64,000 bases of DNA from Nitrospirota bacterium (lineage in GTDB: Bacteria; Nitrospirota; UBA9217), in the NCBI GenBank assembly GCA_963818475.1, contig CAWFSF010000002.1, forward strand, positions 96,001-160,000, read 5' to 3'. The stretch's first letter is position 1; the number at the start of each line of letters is the position of its first letter. Below are positions 41,603 through 51,098 of this stretch, in pieces. Under the pieces are notes generated by a model. That model was not told the DNA's origin, searched no databases, and worked only from the letters and a program-made list of their open reading frames with translations. Both the position numbers and the translations under genes were made by a program.

Positions 41603-41635
41603 CATTCCGCAATCCGAAATCCGCAATCCGCAATC
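41603..41635. repeat. 7-mer array (AATCCGC/ATTCCGC)
   Basis: CATTCCGCAATCCGAAATCCGCAATCCGCAATC; same family at 42625-42645, 42778-42797 and 44428-44516. Confidence 0.8.
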
Positions 41636-41638
41636 GGA

Positions 41639-42604
41639 TCATTCCTTCGATACTCTCGGGTTCACCGCCACAAACACCACGCTCTGGAAGAGGCTTCCGA
41701 GCCGAACGAAAACGGCGGCCAGGATCGCGATGCCCATGATCACGGGATAGTCCCGGTCCTGGGCCGCCTGCCAGGCCATCCTGCCCATGCCCGGCCAATT
41801 GAACACTTGTTCGACGATGACGGCGCCGCCGAGAATGAAGGGGATCTTGGCCGCGACGATCTCGGTTACCGGGATGAGGAGGCCTTCCTTGAACGAGTGC
41901 CTCCAGACCGAAGCGCCCTTGGCTCGGGCCGTGCGGATGTAGTCCTCGGCCATGACCCTGCCCATTTCGTCGCGCAATGAGCGGATCACCTCACTGATCG
42001 TACCGTTGCCCACGCCGAGCACGAAGATCGGGAGCAGGGCATAGAGCCAGCCGAACGTTTGGGAGGTCGCCGCATAACCGAAGGCCAGGGGGAACAGGCC
42101 GAGCTTGTGTGTAAAGAAATAAATGACGATATAACCGAGCCAGAACACCGGCAGCGCCGATACCACGTAGGCGAACATGGTGAGGGGCCACGAGATCCTG
42201 TTGATGCCGCGCACCACAGAATAGAGCGCGATAGGAACGGCGATCAGGAGTGTGACCAGCATGGACCCGATAGTAAGAATGAGCGTGTTGATCCCGACGT
42301 GCAGGACCTCGCCCAGGACCGGCATGCCGGTCCGGATCGAGGTGCCGAAATTTCCCTTAAGCATATTGGCAAGCCAGGAAAGGTAGCGTGCATACCATGA
42401 TTGGGGAACACCCTGGACCTCGTGCACGCCTGCACGGGATTCACCGGACGACACCTGCCCTTCCAGCAGGGCGCTGAAGGGGTCACCGGGAGAAAGGTAC
42501 AGAATAATGAAGACCACGAAGCTCACCCCGAGCAGCAGGAGCAGCGTGATCGCCACCTCCCGGGAAAGCACCAGGGCTACGGGCCTGATTGCAGATAGTT
42601 TCAA
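41639..42604 (-). CDS. Peptide ABC transporter permease (OppB/DppB-like)
   Basis: PGDP, GNFGTS, DYIRTARAKG, VEQVFNWPGMG and RDYPV motifs. Confidence 0.92.
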   Translation of the reverse strand: MKLSAIRPVALVLSREVAITLLLLLGVSFVVFIILYLSPGDPFSALLEGQVSSGESRAGVHEVQGVPQSWYARYLSWLANMLKGNFGTSIRTGMPVLGEVLHVGINTLILTIGSMLVTLLIAVPIALYSVVRGINRISWPLTMFAYVVSALPVFWLGYIVIYFFTHKLGLFPLAFGYAATSQTFGWLYALLPIFVLGVGNGTISEVIRSLRDEMGRVMAEDYIRTARAKGASVWRHSFKEGLLIPVTEIVAAKIPFILGGAVIVEQVFNWPGMGRMAWQAAQDRDYPVIMGIAILAAVFVRLGSLFQSVVFVAVNPRVSKE

Positions 42605-42650
42605 CGGCGGTTATCCTTGATATTCATTCCACATTCCGCATTTCAAAAAC

Positions 42651-42740
42651 CGTCATTGCGAGCGTAGCGAAGCAATCTCGCCGTTCGTATTTGACTGATA
42701 AATCGAGATTGCCGCGTCGCTCTGCTCCTCGCAATGACAG
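42651..42740. repeat. Palindromic element (GTCATTGCGAG...CTCGCAATGAC), copy 2
   Basis: Terminal 11-bp perfect inverted repeat plus internal GCAATCTCG/CGAGATTGC stem. Confidence 0.85.
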
Positions 42741-42799
42741 CATTAGGGCTGCGGTTGCAGTTTGCCGCCCTGCTTTTCATTCCGCAATCCGAAATTGAA

Positions 42800-44414
42800 T
42801 CACTTCTGGTTCTTCTCCTCCAAGAACCACTCATCGGCAAAGGAGAAGAACTTGTACGGATGGATCGCCACGCGGCGGATCTTCTTATGGTATGCCGCGT
42901 AGTTCGTGAGCGTCCAGAGGAAGGTATAAGGGTTCTCCTCTGCCAGAATGGCATGCAGTTTGCGGTTGATGGTCCGCCGCTTCTCGTGGTCCAGCGTGAG
43001 CTTGCTTTCGTTGATCAGGCCGTCCACCTCGGGGTTCGAGTAGCCGATGAAGTTGTTCTTATGCAGCCCGATCTCGGCCGAGTGGAACAAGGACGAGATA
43101 TCCGCCGAATCATCGAAGACCCAGGAGGCGAAGACGATATCAAAATCATGCTCCTGGAACACGTCCTCTTTCCAGGCATACCACTCCTTGAACTCGACCT
43201 TGACGTCCACGCCGACGTTCTTGAGATAGTTCTTGAACGCGAGCACCACGCGCTTCACCGCCTCGCTTTCCTTCTCGATCGGCACCTTGAGGGTCAAGGA
43301 CAGCCGCTTGCCCGACTTCTCCATGATGCCGTCGGCGCCCCGGGTGAAACCCGCTTCCTGCAGGAGCGCTTTCGACTTTTCAGGATCGAACGCGAGGGGC
43401 TGCACGTCGAGATTGTAGGCCCAGCTTCCCGGCGCGAAGGGTCCGGAAATGATCGTCCCCTGGCCGTTAAAGAAGGCGTCGAGCATCTCCTGCCGGTTCA
43501 CGGCATGGGTGAAGGCCCTGCGCACGCGCGCATCGGCAAGCAGCGGGTTCCGCAGGTTGTAGCCGAAGAACGAGTAGGAGAGCGCGTTGTAAGGCTGCAG
43601 GATGAAGCGCTTGTCTCCCTGGATCTCAGGGATGTCCCGCGGGTTCACGAGCACGATCATATCGATGGCGTTGAACATGAGCGCCTGCGTCATGATGTTC
43701 TGGTCCGCAAAGGGCTTTGCCGCCAGCTTGTCGATATGGGGCCGCCCCTTGAAATAGTCTTCGTTGGCAACCAGCACGATCTCCCGCTCGGCCGTAACGT
43801 CCTTCAGCATATAGGGGCCGGTGCCGATGGGATTCTGAACAAAGGGGTCTTCCCGGGTGAGGTACAGGGAATTGGTCGGGCCGTGCTTGGGGATGATCTT
43901 GAAGCTGAACTTTGCAAGGGCGTTCAGGATCGGCCGTTTGAGCGTGAACTTCACGGTCGCGTCGTCGATCTTTTCGACACGGGAGATGAACTCGTAGCGC
44001 ACCTTGAGCGGCGTGATGGTCCTGGGGTGCATCATGATATTGTACGTGAAGACCACATCGTCGGCCGTGAACGGCTTCGGCTGTTCGCCTTCGCGCGGGT
44101 GCCAGGTCACGTCCTTGCGCAGGTGGAAGATGTAGGTGTTCCGGTCCGGCGTCTCCCACTTCTCCGCCAGCTCCGGAACGATTTCCTGCTTTTCGTTGAT
44201 GCCCACGAGGCCGTTGAAAATCAGCTCCGTGAGCCGCAAGCGAGATCATCTCGTTGCTCGTGATGGGGTCAAGGGTCGCCGGCCGGCCGTATTCGCCGTA
44301 GCTGAGGCTGCCCCCGTCCGGCCGGTGGTCTTTCTTACTGGCTGCCCCTGCAGGGGCCACTGCGATTATGGCCATGGAAACGATCAAAAGTAGAACCACC
44401 AGTATACGTTTCAT
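42800..44414 (-). CDS. Peptide ABC transporter substrate-binding protein, family 5 (frameshift near 44240)
   Basis: Signal peptide and ATLDP in one frame; PELAEKW, LRKDVTWH, FTADDVVFT, PIGTGPY and VRRAF in the next. Confidence 0.92.
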
Positions 44415-44427
44415 ATGCTCCTCCTCA

Positions 44428-44516
44428 GATTCGAATTCGGAATGCCGAATGCGGAATACGAAAACAAAAGGACATGCCTTCGTTCTTACCGCATTCCGAA
44501 TTTCGCATTCCGCATT
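44428..44516. repeat. Inverted 7-mer arrays (GCGGAAT / ATTCCGC)
   Basis: TTCGGAATGCCGAATGCGGAAT ... CCGCATTCCGAATTTCGCATTCCGCATT. Confidence 0.85.
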
Positions 44517-44520
44517 AGGT

Positions 44521-46008
44521 TCAATTGATCTTCACATCCCCTGCGCTCTTGTGCTCCATGGCATACACTCCCTGCATGGCCTCCTGGAGCTGGCGCACTT
44601 CAGGAAACTGTTTGCTCATCTCGAAATAGATCTCAAGGGCTTCGGAGAATTTTTTGGTCCTGAAATAGGCATCAGCAAGACTTACGAGCATCTCTGGATC
44701 GTTCGATTCTATCTTGTTCTTGTTGCTCTTGTCGCGGCCTGCCTCAAGATAGGTGACCGCCCGCGCAGTATCCAGCCTGCCAAGATAGTATTTACCCAGC
44801 GCGATATTCAGGGTCGAGAATTTCCTGCCCTCACCTGCTTCAACCGCTGCCGCGCTCCGCCGGGCCGCATTCGAACATTCTGCTTTCAATCGTCTGCAGG
44901 AGAACAGTATCTCTGCGAGCACGTCAGGGTCCTGGGATGGTTTCCCGGCAAGCTCGTCCCAGACCTTCATGGCATCCGTTTTCCGATTCATAGAGTACAA
45001 ATTGGCAGCCTGCAGCACCCGTGCCTGATCCTTGAACTGCTGGGGCAGCTGGGCAGTTGCAAGGAACGAATCAGCAGTCTTCCTGGACCGGTCCGCTGAT
45101 CCGAACAAAGCGTAAGCCTGTCCGAGGTAGAACTCAGCGGAACCCTTGACCTTGGCGTCGGCAGCGGCCTTTTCGAGACAGGCAATGCTCGCCTGTCCAT
45201 AGAGCGAGGCCATGTCGTCCAGCAAAGAAAGATCGTAAAAATTGATGACCTTTGACTTGCCCAGCGTCTCCCGATAGGAGAAGGCTTTCAGGTCGGCACG
45301 CTTGAGCAGATCCAAGCCCTTCTCGGTCAAGCCGGCCCGCGCGTAGACCGCGAGGAGGTTCTTCACCATCCTTATGGAGAGCGGCTTTCCGCGCTTCGTC
45401 TGGCTGGCAAGGCTTTCCTCCGCCAGCGCCAGCGGATCCTTGTCCTTGAGCCCCGCCCTGCTGTACGCCGCTGCCAGCTCGGCTTTCACCTCGGGATCGG
45501 CGGAATCGATGGCCGCCCAGAGCGGCGCCGCCTTCGCCGCCTCATTGCCTGCCTGATAGCTCAGTCCGAGACGCACCTGGGCGATCGCCTGGTACTGCGG
45601 GTTCAGTCCTTCATTGGCAAGGAACTGCCTGAGATAGATCGCGGCAACATCGGCCTTGCCGGCCTCGATCAGTGCATCGCCCATGTACAGATCAACAAAA
45701 CGGCTCCGGCTGCTCCCCCGAAGGGCCGATAGCTTTTTCAGATAGTCCTGCGATGCCCATGCCGAGGCCAGGTAGAGCTCGCGGTGCAGCACCGCGTTCT
45801 TAAAATAGGTCATGCCGAGCGCAAGGTTCAGTGAACCCTGTTTGGCCTGGCCGAGCGATGCGGCATTGGAGCGAAGCAGACCGGCTGCTTCGTCATAGTG
45901 CCGCTTTTCATAGAGTTTCACCGCTTTGGTCACGATATCGTCGGCCCCAGAGGCTTGCGCCGCGATAATAAGGCTCATCGATACAAAAAATAACACGAAA
46001 CGTCCCAT
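44521..46008 (-). CDS. Secreted TPR-like helical repeat protein
   Basis: Signal peptide; repeated LG..Y / A..Y helical motifs. Confidence 0.75.
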   Translation of the reverse strand: MGRFVLFFVSMSLIIAAQASGADDIVTKAVKLYEKRHYDEAAGLLRSNAASLGQAKQGSLNLALGMTYFKNAVLHRELYLASAWASQDYLKKLSALRGSSRSRFVDLYMGDALIEAGKADVAAIYLRQFLANEGLNPQYQAIAQVRLGLSYQAGNEAAKAAPLWAAIDSADPEVKAELAAAYSRAGLKDKDPLALAEESLASQTKRGKPLSIRMVKNLLAVYARAGLTEKGLDLLKRADLKAFSYRETLGKSKVINFYDLSLLDDMASLYGQASIACLEKAAADAKVKGSAEFYLGQAYALFGSADRSRKTADSFLATAQLPQQFKDQARVLQAANLYSMNRKTDAMKVWDELAGKPSQDPDVLAEILFSCRRLKAECSNAARRSAAAVEAGEGRKFSTLNIALGKYYLGRLDTARAVTYLEAGRDKSNKNKIESNDPEMLVSLADAYFRTKKFSEALEIYFEMSKQFPEVRQLQEAMQGVYAMEHKSAGDVKIN

Positions 46009-46050
46009 TCCAACTCCTATCCGTTCTGTGGGGGCGGTTTAGAACCCCCG

Positions 46051-47355
46051 CTACTTCAATTTCATGGTATAGATCTGGTCCCACTGATCGACCTGTGCTC
46101 GGAACGCGATGCTCCCGTCCGCTGAGCAGGCGACATCGTGGTTCATCTTCGTGTCTGTTTTGATCGGTGCGATCGTCTTCTGCACCACATCGGCAATATA
46201 GAGCGGATTGTATTCCTGCCGGTCGTTCTTCACGAAGACGATATGGCTGCTGTCGGGCATCCAGGCCGGCCCTGTTTCCACGTCGGGGATGATATCCGCT
46301 GCCACGACCTTTGCAGCAAGGCCTTCTCCTGCGGAAGGGTCCGTGCCGTCGGCTGCAACCACGAAGATCGACCAGATCTTCGGGTCTTCTGCCGCGTTGT
46401 GATTGGAATAGAACGCGATCTTTCGGCCATCGGGCGACCAGACCGGCCGCAGGTCGTCAGAGGCCCAGGTCGTGATGCGCATCTGCGACTCCGTTGGCCT
46501 TGCCACGTCATTAATTACGAGGATGTCATGGTTCTCGTTGCTGCCGTACATCGTGGCGATCTTTCCGCCGTCCGGCGACCACTTGGGGTAGAGGTATGCT
46601 TTCCCTCCCCGGGTCAGGCGCGTAAGCGCCCGGGACAACAGGTCCATTCTATAGAGGTCGCCGTTACCGGTGCGGCCCGACACGAACACCAAGCGATCGG
46701 CGGCAGGAGACCACTGCACCTGTCCGTCCTTCTCCTTATGCTCCGTAAGCCGCGTCGCGGCTTCCCCGCCGAGGTCCTGGAAGAAGAGGTCGTAGTTGCC
46801 CTCGCCGCCGTTGCTCATGAACACAAAGCCGTTCTCCCGGGGCGACCAGCTGATGCCGGCATTGTAGCTCGTCTCTTCCGATACCCCGGGGAAGAAGAAC
46901 TTGACGTTATTCCCGCCCGATGAAAGCAGGGAATAGACCGTCTGGACGGGCGTACCGTCAGGCAGCACGATATGGATCTCCCGTTTGTCACCCACGCTCC
47001 GTTCAAAGGTGATGAGCGTGCCTTGCGGCGACCACTGGGGGTTCGAATCGTTGCGTCCCTGCTCGATGGCCACCAGCGGCCTGACGAACAGGGGCACCAG
47101 TGCCTGGGGCTTTTTTTCTTCAGGTTGTGCTTCCGTCCCTGTCCCGGCAGATACAACTCCCGCAGGTGCACCAGGAAGCGGAACCGCAGCGCTGTTCGCT
47201 GCAGCTCCATGCTGTCCGGTTCCCGTGACAGTCGTAGTTGCCGCTGACGAGATGGGATCATCGGCCATCCCTGCACGCGGCTGGAGCAACAACATCAGAA
47301 CAACTCCCAAACCGCCAAAACACTTCCTTGCCTTCACGCCGTGAACCTCCTGCAC
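46051..47355 (-). CDS. Secreted TolB-like (PD40/WD40) beta-propeller protein
   Basis: Repeated P.WSPDG..I.F motifs; signal peptide and low-complexity linker. Start uncertain. Confidence 0.85.
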   Translation of the reverse strand: MQEVHGVKARKCFGGLGVVLMLLLQPRAGMADDPISSAATTTVTGTGQHGAAANSAAVPLPGAPAGVVSAGTGTEAQPEEKKPQALVPLFVRPLVAIEQGRNDSNPQWSPQGTLITFERSVGDKREIHIVLPDGTPVQTVYSLLSSGGNNVKFFFPGVSEETSYNAGISWSPRENGFVFMSNGGEGNYDLFFQDLGGEAATRLTEHKEKDGQVQWSPAADRLVFVSGRTGNGDLYRMDLLSRALTRLTRGGKAYLYPKWSPDGGKIATMYGSNENHDILVINDVARPTESQMRITTWASDDLRPVWSPDGRKIAFYSNHNAAEDPKIWSIFVVAADGTDPSAGEGLAAKVVAADIIPDVETGPAWMPDSSHIVFVKNDRQEYNPLYIADVVQKTIAPIKTDTKMNHDVACSADGSIAFRAQVDQWDQIYTMKLK

Positions 47356-47358
47356 ATC

Positions 47359-49935
47359 CTAAAGGTTCTTGATCTGGTCCCAGTATTTCTCTGCTGTCTC
47401 GCGGGCCTGCTCAAAGGTGCTGTTCCCTTCGAGCTTTTTTGGGAAGAAGTCAAAGTACTCGCGCCACGCCAGGTTTGCGTCATTCAGGAGGTTGCCCTTC
47501 CGCGTGAGCTGATAGAGTTTGTGGTACGACAAAGCCGTGTAGTAGTAGGTGTCGTGCACGGCCTCGTCATAGCGGTCATTCGGGAAGAACCGGGTGTTCT
47601 GTTTTGCTTTCTGGAGGTTCTGGATGGCCCTGGCAAAGCTCACTGCAGCCGCGTCCTTGTCCTTCGGCACCAGAGCGCTGCCTTTTTCATAATAGGCGTG
47701 TCCCAGGTTCATGAAGGCCACGGAGAACTGCTTGAACACCAGCTGCTGGTTCTCGGGCAAAGACAGCACGTTCTCGAACTCGCGGATGGCGCTGTCGAAA
47801 TCGCCTTTGTCGTCCAGATAGACCTGCGCCAGCCGGTGATGGGTCTCCGAATAGTCCGGATGGCCCTTCTCGGTGCTCTGGTACGCATTGATCGCAGCGT
47901 CAAAGTCTCCCTTCTGCTCCGCCCGTGCGCCGATCTTCAGATAATCCTTCGGCAGGTTGATCTTCGCGCTGCCCGTGCGGTTCTCTTCCTTCTTTGAGAA
48001 CTCCATGACCTCTTCCCAGTCGCGGTAGTCGCCGCCGACCGAGACCCTGACGGTGTGGAAACCCAGGGTAACCGGCTTCCCCTCGCGGATCGGGGTGCTG
48101 CCGATCTTCTCTCCATCCACAAACACCTCTGCACCCGATGGCTCCGATTCGACCTTGAACACCGCATTATTGACCGCCAGCGTGAAATCCTTCGCGTCTT
48201 TGTTCTTTTCGATCTTCACTGTCTCGGTCAGTTGCTGGTAGCCGTGCCGGTAGAGCACGAGAGTGAGGTTCTTGTTCAGGCGCACCGGGACCTCGGCCTT
48301 GCCGTCGCTCCCGGTCGTACCGAGCCATTCGTTGTTCACGTAGATATTCACGCCTGCAAGCGGGGAAACGTCGGGAGGCAGGCCGCCCCTGGCGGAAAGG
48401 ATGAAAGTGTTGCGGGCGCTCTCTTCCTCTCCTTCATGATAGATGCGCCGCACCACCCGGTCGCCGATCTCGATCTTTGCGCCTTTTTTAAGATCCAGGA
48501 CCTCGGTCCAGGAGCCGTTCCCTTCGGTCTTCTTGACCTGCAGCCTGCCGGTCTCGCGGTAACCCGAGACCTTGCCGTCCGCATTGAGCTGCGGAGACAT
48601 GAGCGTGAAGTCCGTTCCCTTGCTGATCTTGTAGTCCGCCCTGCCGAGGTTGATGCGGTAGCGTTCATCGTCGACGGCGATCACCGTGCCTTCGAAGGGG
48701 AACCGTCCGAGCACCGCGGCGGCGATCTCCTTGGCCGCGCTGTTGATGTTGTCGGCGCTCTTGGCCCGCGTGAGCTGGCTCAGGATGAGCTTTCCGCCCG
48801 ATGTGTAGAACTTGGTCTCGATCAGGTAGCCTTTGTCGTCCTTGGCAACGCTGCCGAGGACGATCATGTCCACGGTCTTGCGCAGCGGCGTTTCGCGCCA
48901 TCCCTTCACGGTGATCTTGTCGATATTCAAGCGCGCGCGCTTCATGTCCGCCTGGAGCGTTTTGGAAGGCACTTCACGGAAGCAGGTGTTCTTGAAGAGC
49001 TGTGCTGCCAAAGCAGTCTCGGTCTGGGACACGATATCCTGAAGGTCGACGTTCGGCGTGTTGCCCGCGAACCGGTAGATGCCGGCCCGGATCTGCTTCG
49101 GCGTGCTGGGGTAGAAATAGTGCTCGATTGTGACCTCGCCCTCAAGCGTGATCGTGGTTTTCCACACCCCGGGGATTGAGCCGGGTGCCGAGAGCGACAA
49201 GGGCACTTTCTTGCCCGGTTCGCCGTCGTAGGTGTAGGTAAAGACGCCTTTGGCGTCGGTCTTGCCTTCGGTCTTTTTGTTGATGGCCACCACAACACCC
49301 GGGATGCCGCTCGTCTGCCCATACTCTTCCCTGAGCGCGCGGACCGTGACGATCACGCGCTTGGAAAGGGCGGCTTCGATCGTCTGGCCAGGCTCCACCG
49401 GGCCGGTCCTGCGCCAGGTGGCATAGCCGGACTTCGTCACCGCAAGGTCCAGGCCTGCCTTGGGCTGATCCTTGTACTCGTACACGAACAAACCCTGCGC
49501 ATCGGTCTTGCCGGCTTCCGTGCCCGCGGCCATGACGATTGCGTCCTGAATCGCCGTTCCCATTTCGGCGGCCTTGATCGTAATGTACCGTGTTGCTTCG
49601 AGCTCCGCGGAAAGGGGATAGGTTTCGACGCTGCCTGACTTGGGCAGTTTCATAAGAAACGTGCCCTTCCAGGGCTTGATGCGGTAGCCAGGCAACTCTC
49701 TGGCAGTGACGACCACCTCCACATCAGCGCCCGGCTTTTTCCTGATCGTCTTCGTAAAAATCCCGTCCGCACCGGTGAAGCCCTGCTCCTCGTTGTCCAC
49801 CGTTACTGTTGCCTGTGCCGCCGGTTGGCCATCAAGGCGGGCCATTACCTTCAGTTCGAGCTTCTCGCCCGCGCAGGCAAAGAGCAGGGATGACGCCGCC
49901 ATCACAAGAACTGTCCTGAATACACGCTTCATCAT
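47359..49935 (-). CDS. Large lipoprotein with repeated beta-sandwich (GxTDxxG) modules, PEGA domain and C-terminal TPRs
   Basis: LFAC lipobox, several GKTDxxG repeats, VESEPSGAEVFVDG..IG.TP (PEGA), TPR helices. Confidence 0.82.
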   Translation of the reverse strand: MMKRVFRTVLVMAASSLLFACAGEKLELKVMARLDGQPAAQATVTVDNEEQGFTGADGIFTKTIRKKPGADVEVVVTARELPGYRIKPWKGTFLMKLPKSGSVETYPLSAELEATRYITIKAAEMGTAIQDAIVMAAGTEAGKTDAQGLFVYEYKDQPKAGLDLAVTKSGYATWRRTGPVEPGQTIEAALSKRVIVTVRALREEYGQTSGIPGVVVAINKKTEGKTDAKGVFTYTYDGEPGKKVPLSLSAPGSIPGVWKTTITLEGEVTIEHYFYPSTPKQIRAGIYRFAGNTPNVDLQDIVSQTETALAAQLFKNTCFREVPSKTLQADMKRARLNIDKITVKGWRETPLRKTVDMIVLGSVAKDDKGYLIETKFYTSGGKLILSQLTRAKSADNINSAAKEIAAAVLGRFPFEGTVIAVDDERYRINLGRADYKISKGTDFTLMSPQLNADGKVSGYRETGRLQVKKTEGNGSWTEVLDLKKGAKIEIGDRVVRRIYHEGEEESARNTFILSARGGLPPDVSPLAGVNIYVNNEWLGTTGSDGKAEVPVRLNKNLTLVLYRHGYQQLTETVKIEKNKDAKDFTLAVNNAVFKVESEPSGAEVFVDGEKIGSTPIREGKPVTLGFHTVRVSVGGDYRDWEEVMEFSKKEENRTGSAKINLPKDYLKIGARAEQKGDFDAAINAYQSTEKGHPDYSETHHRLAQVYLDDKGDFDSAIREFENVLSLPENQQLVFKQFSVAFMNLGHAYYEKGSALVPKDKDAAAVSFARAIQNLQKAKQNTRFFPNDRYDEAVHDTYYYTALSYHKLYQLTRKGNLLNDANLAWREYFDFFPKKLEGNSTFEQARETAEKYWDQIKNL

Positions 49936-50002
49936 ACGAGGCCTCCGTAGAGCTTAAATATTTGAAACATCACACGCTTATACACGTACGGAAAAGTCAT
50001 AA

Positions 50003-50074
50003 TTACCACAGCGACACAGAGGCACAGAGAGAAGCGATCTGAAATCCTAATTTTTTCCTCTGTGTCTCTGTGGT
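50003..50074. repeat. Empty inverted-repeat element, CACAGAG type
   Basis: ACCACAGCGACACAGAGGCACAGAG ... CTCTGTGTCTCTGTGGT. Confidence 0.8.
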
Positions 50075-50108
50075 GAAATGTTTTTTTGTTCTTTTCCTTG
50101 CGAGGAGC

Positions 50109-50558
50109 CTACATGGTCGGCGGCTGGATATTGACCTCGCCGGGGTTTACGATCTTGTCCTCGTCGGACTTTGAGCCTTCGATGCTCCTGCGCGTGCTCT
50201 CGGGGATCTTCTTGATCCTGAAGTCAGCCTTCTTGCCGCCGAACTTCGAGACCTCCAGAGACTGCGTCTCGGTCATATAACCGATCCTGCTCACTTCCAC
50301 TTTATAGAGGCCGGGAACAATGGCGTCCTTGGCGGATTCGTATTTCCCTTCCTTGTTGACCACAACGGAGTGGGACGCTTTTTCCAGGCTCGTCGAGGTA
50401 TTGATCAAGTTCACCACGGTTCCCTCTGGGAGTTCTTTGGTCAATGGAACGGGCTGCAGGGCGGCATCCACCAGCTGCACCGTACCGTAGATGCGGGGCG
50501 AACAGGCCGGCAGCACGGCAATAAGACAGGCACACACGAACAGGATCGAACGATTCAT
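50109..50558 (-). CDS. Small lipoprotein with carboxypeptidase-regulatory-like beta-sandwich
   Basis: LPAC lipobox, G.Y...PG.YKVEVS..GY pattern, AGGAGG RBS. Confidence 0.78.
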   Translation of the reverse strand: MNRSILFVCACLIAVLPACSPRIYGTVQLVDAALQPVPLTKELPEGTVVNLINTSTSLEKASHSVVVNKEGKYESAKDAIVPGLYKVEVSRIGYMTETQSLEVSKFGGKKADFRIKKIPESTRRSIEGSKSDEDKIVNPGEVNIQPPTM

Positions 50559-50616
50559 GATCTTCTCCCTCCTGGAGCGTAAATTACAACAGCCGGCATC
50601 GAAGCGTTATCGTTTG

Positions 50617-50664
50617 AAAACAAAAAACCGCCAAAGAGCTCATGAGAAATGATATCTTTGGCGG
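50617..50664 (-). terminator. Riboswitch expression-platform intrinsic terminator
   Basis: - strand CCGCCAAAGA...TCTTTGGCGG-TTTTTTGTTTT; the 5' arm is the 3' end of the aptamer. Confidence 0.85.
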
Positions 50665-50790
50665 CTCGACTGGCGTATAAAACAGCGACAGCTTCCCGGG
50701 TGAAATGGTACACTCGGATGCAAAGTCTGTTTTACGTAGCTTCGTGGCTCTGCGCCCCACGGTTTCCCGTGGTTTGCTCTGAGCAAAGTC
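50655..50790 (-). ncRNA. c-di-GMP-I (GEMM) class riboswitch, A20 variant (possible 3',3'-cGAMP sensor)
   Basis: - strand AGCAAACCACGG-GAAA-CCGTGGGGCGCAGAGCCACG...CAGTCGAGCCGCC, with P1 CTTTG/CAAAG. Confidence 0.85.
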
Positions 50791-50818
50791 ATAGGGTATG
50801 GCACAGCTTCGTAGAAAG

Positions 50819-50847
50819 AATTTAGCACGAGTGTTAGAGCTTGTCAA
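50819..50847 (-). promoter_or_regulatory. sigma70 promoter upstream of the riboswitch
   Basis: TTGACA-N17-TAAATT with TG extension. Confidence 0.75.
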
Positions 50848-51098
50848 GGGAGCAACAACATTATGCAATTCCCCTGCAGCACGCTGTTGTCGCAATAAAG
50901 CGCATGTTTTGATGCCGCCATAAGACCGCGGACGCGTTGTTCCAAAGCGAATGATTCTGAACAGAAGCGACCTCTCCGCAGAACCTGTTAAATGATCGCT
51001 CGAAAAAATTATAAAAAACCATTGCCAGCGAGCCGCTGCTGATGTATTATGCGTGGTTGCGTCACCTGCCTCCCCGGACGGCGCTTGAAAGGAATATC

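Noticed and set aside
50822-50837. TTAGCAC-GAGTGTTA resembling CIRCE
   Set aside because: It lacks the 9-nt spacer and full half-sites; the sequence is the spacer of a sigma70 promoter.
50584-50895. ORFs across the riboswitch leader
   Set aside because: No RBS or protein features; the region is explained by promoter, aptamer and terminator.
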